Source of the DNA: an uncultured Pseudomonadota bacterium
Lineage (GTDB): Bacteria; Pseudomonadota; Alphaproteobacteria; RF32; CAG-239
DNA: 35,513 nt
Direction: 5' to 3'
NCBI GenBank assembly: GCA_902795745.1
Contig: CADBMG010000057.1
Span: 1 to 35,513, forward strand
Shown here piece by piece: positions 8,171-14,749 of the stretch. The notes beneath the pieces were generated by a model. That model was not told where the DNA came from and searched no databases. It was given only the letters and a program-made list of their open reading frames with translations. How positions within the stretch are numbered: position 1 is the first letter of the stretch; every line of letters starts with the position of its first letter. Both the position numbers and the translations under genes were made by a program.

Positions 8171-8410
8171 ATGCCTTCTGTTATTAATGATACTTGTATT
8201 AAATGCGGTTCGTGCGCAGCAATTTGTCCGGTTAGCGCAATGCATTTGTGCGACAGCCAAATGGTTATTGATCCGGATACTTGCATTGATTGTGGTGCTT
8301 GTATTGCCGAATGTCCGGTTAGTGCTATTGCTAATGATGCCGATGCAGATCCGGCGGCAATTAAGTTTAACGCCGAACAGTCAAAAATTTGTCCGAACGC
8401 AAACGACTAG
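8171..8410 (+). CDS. fdx: 2x[4Fe-4S] ferredoxin
   Basis: Two CxxCxxCxxxCP motifs (CIKCGSCAAICP and CIDCGACIAECP). AGGAG lies 7 nt upstream. Confidence 0.9.
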   Translation: MPSVINDTCIKCGSCAAICPVSAMHLCDSQMVIDPDTCIDCGACIAECPVSAIANDADADPAAIKFNAEQSKICPNAND

Positions 8411-8429
8411 AAAATATCAATCGTGGATA

Positions 8430-8457
8430 GCTCAGGTCTTGCGGCCTGAGTTTTTTT
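8430..8457 (+). terminator. Intrinsic terminator
   Basis: CTCAGGTC/GGCCTGAG stem with loop TTGC, followed by T7. Confidence 0.75.
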
Positions 8458-8472
8458 ATATGTGAGGTATTA

Positions 8473-9234
8473 ATGCCGATAGAATACAGCAATGACTATT
8501 TGTTGGATAAACAAGTTAAAATATTGCAACCGATAAACGGGTATCGAGCATCAAGTGATGCGGTGCTTTTATCGGCAATGGTGTGCTCTTGTGAGCATAA
8601 AGTGCGTATTTTAGATGTCGGTTCGGGTACGGGGGCAATTTCGCTTTGTTTGGCGCAACGATTGCAGAATAATACTGTTGATATATGCGGCATTGAGTTG
8701 CAACCCGAGCTTGTGGAGCTCTCGCAAATGAGTGCCAAAGCCAACAATTTTTCATTTTTACATTATTATCAAGGCGATATTCGGCAAAAATTAAAGGATG
8801 AAGCATTGCGTGCATGTAGTTTTGATATTGTAGTAACAAATCCTCCTTATGCTCATAAAGATATGCCGTCACCAAATGACAGCAAAGCGGCCGCACATAA
8901 TTTGCAACAAATGGATTTGTCGGATTGGATGGCTTTTTGCTTGAAAATGGCAAAACCTTTTGGAAAAATATATGTAATAAACCGAGCCGAAGCTTTACCG
9001 AAAATATGCGTCTCTTTGAGCGGTAAAGCAGGGGGAATTACGGTGTTGCCCATATATTCAAAATCTGCACAATCGGCAAAACGGGTTATTGTGACGGCAC
9101 AGAAAGATTCTAAAGCTCCCTGCAAAATTTTACCTCCTTTTATGGTGCATGATAATGATGGAAAGTATACAGCGCAGGCACAACAAATACTGCGTCAAGG
9201 GACGGATTTTTCCGAAGTACTTGAAATGATTTAA
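8473..9234 (+). CDS. N6-adenine methyltransferase, tRNA1(Val) m6A37 methyltransferase (TrmN6/YfiC)-like
   Basis: SAM motif LDVGSGTGAISL and catalytic VVTNPPY. Confidence 0.75.
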   Translation: MPIEYSNDYLLDKQVKILQPINGYRASSDAVLLSAMVCSCEHKVRILDVGSGTGAISLCLAQRLQNNTVDICGIELQPELVELSQMSAKANNFSFLHYYQGDIRQKLKDEALRACSFDIVVTNPPYAHKDMPSPNDSKAAAHNLQQMDLSDWMAFCLKMAKPFGKIYVINRAEALPKICVSLSGKAGGITVLPIYSKSAQSAKRVIVTAQKDSKAPCKILPPFMVHDNDGKYTAQAQQILRQGTDFSEVLEMI

Positions 9235-9286
9235 TTTTGTTTTTACTTTTTTGCGGCAGAATATAATTACAATAACGGAGAGATAG

Positions 9287-10279
9287 ATGATGAAAAAGTT
9301 TTGTTTTATCGTTTTGAGTTTGAGTTTTGTTGCCACTGCGGTACATTCGCGATTACCGGAATATGACGATGATGCGGAATTTGATTATTGTTTGCGCTTA
9401 TCAAACGATATAGATCAATGTGTACAAGAAGAAACACAACGAGTACTTAACAGCGTTAAGCAAAACTATCGTGATATATTGGGTAATCGCAAGTTGTTAG
9501 CGTGGAATGGTTCAATGGAGGCCAATACCTCTATGTTGCGTGATATGTATGAGGGTTGGACCGCATATCGCAATCGTTTATGTTCGCTTTCCGAAGCGGC
9601 AGCCGTTAACTTGGAAGCAATTATCACAACCAAATATTCTTGTACTTTGTATCATACTTTACATCATAATGCTCATTTGAATGGCATTTTAGAGTTACTC
9701 AATTATAAAGGGGCAAAGCATAATCAAGATTTTACATTGTTTAAAGTTTATGAGCATGACAAGGAATATATAAATTGTCGTCAACAAGAGAAAAAAACTA
9801 AAAATGAATGTGTGAATGCTGAATTAGAGCGTTCTACTCAAAAAGTCAAAAATTTATACAATACATTTTTGAAAGATGAAAATGTTGGTAATTGGAACAA
9901 TGGTCCGGATTTGAAAAATGGTAATTATCGTGATATGTTTGATAGCTGGATTGCTTATCGCAACAGGATTTGTAATTTGGCGGCGTGGGCTTATAGAAAT
10001 GCCGATATTGAACCGAAAGTAGATGTGAAGGAATGTATTTTGTTTTTAACTGACGAGCATGCGGAAGTATTAGGTAATATTCTGTTTGCGGCGCACAGTT
10101 CTTTGGATGTCGGATTTGAGGATGGTTCCGATTGGGAAACTGATGGCGGATTAGCTGAAGGTAAGACCGTAACGCCTCTCAAAAGGAGAATTGAAAATGA
10201 CACACCGCTGATTGACGAAACGAAATCGGCGGAAAAACCAACTGATACCGGCAGAAAAACACCGGCATGGGCAATGTAA
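9287..10279 (+). CDS. Secreted protein with two LprI/DUF1311-like repeats
   Basis: Signal peptide MMKKFCFIVLSLSFVATAVHS. Duplicated motif MYEGWTAYRNRLCSL / MFDSWIAYRNRICNL. GGAG lies 6 nt upstream. Confidence 0.55.
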   Translation: MMKKFCFIVLSLSFVATAVHSRLPEYDDDAEFDYCLRLSNDIDQCVQEETQRVLNSVKQNYRDILGNRKLLAWNGSMEANTSMLRDMYEGWTAYRNRLCSLSEAAAVNLEAIITTKYSCTLYHTLHHNAHLNGILELLNYKGAKHNQDFTLFKVYEHDKEYINCRQQEKKTKNECVNAELERSTQKVKNLYNTFLKDENVGNWNNGPDLKNGNYRDMFDSWIAYRNRICNLAAWAYRNADIEPKVDVKECILFLTDEHAEVLGNILFAAHSSLDVGFEDGSDWETDGGLAEGKTVTPLKRRIENDTPLIDETKSAEKPTDTGRKTPAWAM

Positions 10280-10339
10280 AAGGCAGCTTTACCGATTTGC
10301 CGAGACAAAGACTTATAAGCTCAAAACTCTACTTTACCG

Positions 10340-11242
10340 TTAATGTTTGATAAGTTCGCTTTTATCGAATGTATAGCTTTGTCCACAGAAATTGCAGGTT
10401 GCGGTAATTTTTCCGTTTTCCGCCAATGCTTCAATATCTTCGTGTTTCATCGCGCTTAATGTGGCAAACAGCTTATCCTTGCTGCAACGGCATTCAAAAT
10501 GATATTCGGTTTCTTTAATAACAGATACTTTATGCTCGTGGTATAAGCGATACAAAATATCTTCCAGCGGCAGATGCGAATCAAATATTTCTTCATCACG
10601 CAAACTGTCGGTCAAGATTTTATCTTCATTCCAAACTTCGGTTATATTTGTTTCATCCGTGGTTTTTTTGCCTCCGTTTGAAGGCATTTTTTGAATCAGT
10701 ATGCCGGCGGCCGACCAATTTCCATTGCTTTTTTGCTGCACAAACAATCGTAAATGGGTATCTATTTGTTCTGATTGCTTGAAATAGCGTTCGGCACATT
10801 CTGCCAAATTTTTACCTTGTAAATCGACAATTCCTTGATATAAATCGGTATTTTTACCTTGATCTACCGTAAAAATCAAACTGCCTCGTCCCAACCAATG
10901 CGGAGTTGCTTCCAATTCTCCTTCGGTTTTGCGCAATTCCTGCGCTTTGAGCATTTTTTGCTCATCAAACTTAGCGGCGGTACGTACTGCACCTTTGGAG
11001 GTTACATCTGTTACCAACACCGAAATCGGTCCATCACCTTGCATTTGTAATGTAAAATATCCATCGTATTTCATCAAATCTGCCAACATAACACCCAGTG
11101 CCGTAGTTTCAGCAATAGCTGCGGCAACATTTTCTGGATATTGGCGCGGAGCAAAAATATCGGCAATAACATTATCAAGTCTCACGATGCGACCACGGAA
11201 AGAATTGTCATCCAAACTGAAAGAAATACACTTATCGTTCAT
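10340..11242 (-). CDS. hslO: Hsp33 redox-regulated chaperone
   Basis: C-terminal zinc centre CRCSKDKL...CNFCGQ (CxC...CxxC). Length 300 aa. Confidence 0.85.
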   Translation of the reverse strand: MNDKCISFSLDDNSFRGRIVRLDNVIADIFAPRQYPENVAAAIAETTALGVMLADLMKYDGYFTLQMQGDGPISVLVTDVTSKGAVRTAAKFDEQKMLKAQELRKTEGELEATPHWLGRGSLIFTVDQGKNTDLYQGIVDLQGKNLAECAERYFKQSEQIDTHLRLFVQQKSNGNWSAAGILIQKMPSNGGKKTTDETNITEVWNEDKILTDSLRDEEIFDSHLPLEDILYRLYHEHKVSVIKETEYHFECRCSKDKLFATLSAMKHEDIEALAENGKITATCNFCGQSYTFDKSELIKH

Positions 11243-11313
11243 CTTTTAATAACCTCTTTTGTTCTAAACTTTACACATGTTGCTAACTTAATTTATTTAA
11301 GGAGATTTTTCAA

Positions 11314-11886
11314 GTGTTTGATGAAGATAATCTGTCAGATACATCACAAAAAAGTTCTTATAAGCGCAAGCCGCAGAAAAAAATTACACTGCAGCGGCTG
11401 AAAAATATCGCGTTATATTATCTTAAACGCTACGAATCTTCGGTTGAAAATCTGCGCGGCGTTTTGATGAGACGAGTTGACGCTTACTCTCGCGAAAATC
11501 CGCAGTGGAATAAAGCAGAGGCTTATCAATGGATTGAAGAGATTTTAGAAAATTTTGAGCGATTACATTACTTAGATGACAATCGGTTTACTCAAATAAA
11601 AGTTCGCAGTTATTTGAATGCCGGAAAACCGGCTCGCTACATTCAAGAAAAATTGCGACAAAAAGGAATAGATGCTGCCGCAATAGAGGCTGTTTTGCAA
11701 GAACAGGATTATAATCCCTTACAAATGGCTTTGAAGTTGGCTAAGCGTAAGAAAATAGGGCCATATCGCGAACAAAATTTACGTCGCGAGTATTGGCAAA
11801 AAGATATGGGAACGCTGATTCGTGCCGGATTTGATTATGATGTGGTGTGTCAAGTTTTGAATATGGATAAGGCAGAAGAGAAATAG
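11314..11886 (+). CDS. recX: RecX-like regulatory protein
   Basis: Helical-repeat protein of 190 aa with RecX-like segments (ALYYLKRYESSVENLRGVLMRR, RYIQEKLRQKGI). GTG start with AAGGAG 9 nt upstream. Confidence 0.65.
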   Translation: MFDEDNLSDTSQKSSYKRKPQKKITLQRLKNIALYYLKRYESSVENLRGVLMRRVDAYSRENPQWNKAEAYQWIEEILENFERLHYLDDNRFTQIKVRSYLNAGKPARYIQEKLRQKGIDAAAIEAVLQEQDYNPLQMALKLAKRKKIGPYREQNLRREYWQKDMGTLIRAGFDYDVVCQVLNMDKAEEK

Positions 11887-11929
11887 TTTTAAACAGACTT
11901 GTGTCTTAGCGCGATAACATTTATGATAC

Positions 11930-11958
11930 TTGACTTTAAAAGATTTTTTATTTAATCT
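11930..11958 (+). promoter_or_regulatory. Island promoter P1 (TTGACT-17 nt-TAATCT), with a perfect TATAAT further downstream at 11974-11979
   Basis: Hexamers read from the sequence. It is homologous to P2 at 12426. Confidence 0.5.
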
Positions 11959-12010
11959 CTGCCTCAGAAAATCTATAATTATAAAACATTAAACTTAATA
12001 TTATTAGAGT

Positions 12011-12355
12011 ATGGAAAAAACAAAACTTTTCAACTTGGCGGGAAAACCGGTAGAGTATGAAAGCTGGAAATTTGATGAAGCGGAAGTTCTTAAAGCCGCA
12101 GAGAAATTTTTCGGGTTTGCGGTAACGGCTTATCCCTGCTTTTTATCAAAAGACAGTGTTTGGAGAGAGTACGAATTAGGATGGACATTTGACCAGCCCG
12201 ATAACCCGAAAGGGAAAAGGTTTATGGTCGGTTTTCTGGGTTTTGATACGGGATTTAAAAAGTATGGTTTTTCCAAATCCGTTCGACCTTGCAACGGCTT
12301 AACCTTTATGGGATGTACCATTGCTCTTGAAAAAGGAAAAATTGTTTTAAAGTAA
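12011..12355 (+). CDS. Hypothetical protein (114 aa), no recognisable motif
   Basis: ORF with a balanced, globular-looking composition. It is bracketed by P1 and terminator T1, which begins 6 nt after the stop. Confidence 0.6.
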   Translation: MEKTKLFNLAGKPVEYESWKFDEAEVLKAAEKFFGFAVTAYPCFLSKDSVWREYELGWTFDQPDNPKGKRFMVGFLGFDTGFKKYGFSKSVRPCNGLTFMGCTIALEKGKIVLK

Positions 12356-12360
12356 CCTTG

Positions 12361-12398
12361 TCCCCCGCCGCTTAACCGCCGCGAGGGATTTTTGTTGT
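12361..12398 (+). terminator. Intrinsic terminator T1
   Basis: GC-rich imperfect hairpin TCCCCCGCCGC-TTAACC-GCCGCGAGGGA, followed by TTTTTGTTG. Confidence 0.65.
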
Positions 12399-12425
12399 CA
12401 TGAAATTTTTTTTGTAAAAAAATAC

Positions 12426-12455
12426 TTGACTTTTGTCTATGGGGGGGGGTAAACT
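12426..12455 (+). promoter_or_regulatory. Island promoter P2 (TTGACT-18 nt-TAAACT) with a G9 homopolymer (12441-12449) inside the spacer
   Basis: Read directly from the sequence. It is paralogous to P1, where the spacer is 17 nt and has no G tract. Confidence 0.55.
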
Positions 12456-12520
12456 CTGAGCATAAAATCAAATTATAATGTTTTTTATTATTTTTATTAT
12501 TAAGAACCTCACGACAAGGC

Positions 12521-13426
12521 GTGAGTAAATGTTTGCTTATGAATATAAAAGGACAGCTTGATTCGGTGAGCCTCAAACAGTTTGGAGTTCCCGAAAATTT
12601 TGAGCATTTGTTTGACGATGTTTATCAGGGGGAAGACGGTGGTATTTACATTGCTCAGGCAAATATAGTCTCTGTTCCGTCGATGCATCTGCTCTCGAAA
12701 GGTGGCAAAGCCTACCCCATTCGCAATGCGCCGGAAATTACTGCAGAGATAGTCGAATTGCACAAGCAACTCTACACTCCGACACAAGCCGGCGAAAGAC
12801 TGAAAATTGCTGTGGGTGCCGCTTATCACCAAAATGAGAATGCTCGTTTCAAATTTCTCATTGAAAAGCAGTATCACCTTGCCATACCGGGAATTGTACC
12901 TGACGATTATTCGTTTGAGAAAGCTTACGAATATTTGGTGTTTGCTCCAAACTTCAACACCGTTTGCTCCGATGCGATTTCTGTTGAGAAAGGCGGTGCT
13001 TCCATCAAGGCCTTGTTTGCTAGCGGCCGTCTGTTGGTTGCAAGTAAAGATTGTTACGAGGCTATCGACTTTGTACCGATTTTCGAAACCACTGACGGTA
13101 AGACTATCTTCTGGGTCGGAGGCAAAGAACTTGCTCTGGCTTCTATAGTTTTCAACCGGCTGTGTTTCAGCCATTTGGGAACTTTCAAGAAGTTCACGCA
13201 AACAGCTGTAAACAATCTCATTGAAGTGAGGAATAAAGATCATTTTAACTTGTATCATCTGGGATCAACCATTGAATTTGTGGCGTGCGCGCCCTTTGAA
13301 TACGGGTTTGAAATTGATGTTGCTACCGGCAAGGTGGTTTGTTACTCTGCATATAGCTGTGACGGAATGAATGAATTCAGCAGAACCTTCCTCTTTGAAG
13401 GCGGAGAATATAAAATGAGCCTATGA
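12521..13426 (+). CDS. Hypothetical protein (301 aa from GTG 12521, or 295 aa from ATG 12539), no recognisable motif
   Basis: Long ORF downstream of P2 with a globular composition. Sampled lines are G+C-richer than sampled housekeeping genes. The plus strand is favoured over the antisense ORF by the promoter/terminator orientation. Confidence 0.65.
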   Translation: MSKCLLMNIKGQLDSVSLKQFGVPENFEHLFDDVYQGEDGGIYIAQANIVSVPSMHLLSKGGKAYPIRNAPEITAEIVELHKQLYTPTQAGERLKIAVGAAYHQNENARFKFLIEKQYHLAIPGIVPDDYSFEKAYEYLVFAPNFNTVCSDAISVEKGGASIKALFASGRLLVASKDCYEAIDFVPIFETTDGKTIFWVGGKELALASIVFNRLCFSHLGTFKKFTQTAVNNLIEVRNKDHFNLYHLGSTIEFVACAPFEYGFEIDVATGKVVCYSAYSCDGMNEFSRTFLFEGGEYKMSL

Positions 13427-13551
13427 GTAATGAAATTACCATCAAGCAAATGTGCAATAATCTGGATACATTGAGCGATTGTGGTTACGCGCTTTTGACT
13501 GAAAAGTCCAATGTTGTCAGAGCTGACAATTATTTGAAGTTATACTTCTAA
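13423..13551 (+). CDS. Untracked 42-aa ORF (MSNEITIKQMCNNLDTLSDCGYALLTEKSNVVRADNYLKLYF), translationally coupled
   Basis: Its ATG overlaps the upstream TGA (ATGA at 13423-13426). The ORF exactly fills the gap to terminator T2 and ends 26 nt before the hairpin. Confidence 0.4.
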   Translation: MSNEITIKQMCNNLDTLSDCGYALLTEKSNVVRADNYLKLYF

Positions 13552-13576
13552 TCTACGGCTTTATCAGCATTTATGC

Positions 13577-13616
13577 TCCCCTTACAGCCTAACCGCTGTA
13601 GGGGATTTTTTGTTGC
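13577..13616 (+). terminator. Intrinsic terminator T2 (paralogue of T1)
   Basis: CCCCT(T)ACAGC-CTAACC-GCTGTAGGGG is a 10-bp stem with one bulge, followed by T6 and GTTG. Confidence 0.75.
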
Positions 13617-13812
13617 TATAAATAAAAATAATTGAAATTTAAGGGATTCAATGTTATAGCTGGCTAAAATAAATCAAAAGAGCAATTTTAACATGGAAAA
13701 GAACGTAAAATATCTGCATTGGCACAGTTTTTGGGATAGTTTCATTTTATTTTATATTTATTAATTTGAGGACCCGGTCAAAATAAGCCTCGTTAAATAT
13801 TCCGGTTGTAGT

Positions 13813-14241
13813 ATGAATAAGTATGATGCGTTAGATTATGCTATGCAGAAGAATAAAGTATGGTGGAATGGCATGCTGGTTGCAACATTTTTATCTATGG
13901 TTTTTCTTACTCTGGCCTTTTTTTCCGGAGCAGGAACTGCGGCTAGCGATATATATGCCGGAAGACAGCCTGAAATATCTATGTTCACTGATGTGTGCTT
14001 TTTCGTCGGTGCATTGGATGCCATTTGTGCACTCATATACTTTGTTATATGGTGTAAGAGGATAACTTCTGACATGTCTTGCAAAGATACAGAGGACTTT
14101 GAAAGATACAAAGAAGATGTTCGCAAAGGTAAATACGGCAAAAGCGCAATTGTATATGAAGAGTCTACTATGGATGAGATCTTAGATCCAGAACGTTTCA
14201 AGCCTCATAATTGGAAAGAACGTTGGTTCGGATTTTTGTAA
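13813..14241 (+). CDS. Hypothetical 2-TM membrane protein (142 aa) with a charged C-terminal tail
   Basis: Two hydrophobic helices (MLVATFLSMVFLTLAFFSGAG and VCFFVGALDAICALIYFVIW), then a K/E/D-rich tail. No clear SD. Confidence 0.5.
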   Translation: MNKYDALDYAMQKNKVWWNGMLVATFLSMVFLTLAFFSGAGTAASDIYAGRQPEISMFTDVCFFVGALDAICALIYFVIWCKRITSDMSCKDTEDFERYKEDVRKGKYGKSAIVYEESTMDEILDPERFKPHNWKERWFGFL

Positions 14242-14252
14242 TATGGCAAATT

Positions 14253-14284
14253 AAAAGCTCTGATTTTATATCAGAGCTTTTTGT
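14253..14284. terminator. Bidirectional intrinsic terminator
   Basis: AAAAGCTCTGA/TCAGAGCTTTT is a perfect 11-bp stem flanked by an A-run and a T-run, between convergent genes. Confidence 0.8.
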
Positions 14285-14322
14285 ATATGTTTTTAGTTTT
14301 ATTGCCATTATTTGATTATTTT

Positions 14323-14727
14323 TTAAAGAATTGTGCGAATGCCAAGCAGGCATAAAATCAAAATTCCTGCTGTTGCTCCCCAAACCCATACTCCGGAGCC
14401 TTTGTAGGATTTAGCAGTTTTATACAATCCTCTCAAAACAATAACCATATAGGCACCAAAACAACCGCTCACAATCAAGTGCAACATTAGCATGGTAGCG
14501 ATTCTTCCGCCGCGAATCAGTAAATTGATAAAATGCGAACCGATATAATAAATTACATTTAAGTTCTGTACACAATATCCGCTGGAGCGCGCCTTTGCAC
14601 ATACGGCTTGGGCAAAAGAACCATGGGTTATACTGACAATCAGTATGAAAAGTAAAAATCCTAAAACACCGAATCCGAAAAAAACTTTAGCAAGTGAATA
14701 TTCTCCGGCAATTAGTTTTTTCAGCAT
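14323..14727 (-). CDS. Small polytopic membrane protein (134 aa), unknown function
   Basis: Three to four hydrophobic helices. It is the last gene of a long minus-strand string. Confidence 0.55.
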   Translation of the reverse strand: MLKKLIAGEYSLAKVFFGFGVLGFLLFILIVSITHGSFAQAVCAKARSSGYCVQNLNVIYYIGSHFINLLIRGGRIATMLMLHLIVSGCFGAYMVIVLRGLYKTAKSYKGSGVWVWGATAGILILCLLGIRTIL

Positions 14728-14749
14728 TTTGCAGTCTCCGTTTGCTTAG

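Noticed and set aside
8516-8953. A 145-aa ORF antisense to the NPPY methyltransferase gene
   Set aside because: The sense frame has the SAM and NPPY motifs.
12130-12576. A 148-aa minus-strand ORF spanning the end of the 114-aa gene, T1, P2 and the G9 tract
   Set aside because: It runs through a terminator hairpin and a promoter. It is translated partly from a homopolymer (GGGQG) and lacks start signals.
12509-13258. A 249-aa ORF antisense to the 301-aa island gene
   Set aside because: Its composition is low in complexity. It has no promoter, SD or terminator in its orientation. The plus-strand ORF is bracketed by P2 and T2, so the antisense frame is probably a codon-usage artefact.
12371-13594. 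attC-like RYYYAAC motifs (GCTTAAC and GCCTAAC) in the loops of T1 and T2, suggesting integron cassettes
   Set aside because: No complementary GTTRRRY core pairs with them, the motif sits in the hairpin loop rather than in a stem, and there is no intI gene. They fit ordinary terminators better.
13693-13764. A 23-codon ORF (MEKNVKYLHWHSFWDSFILFYIY) in the gap before the 2-TM gene
   Set aside because: It has no SD at a functional distance and nothing else supports it.
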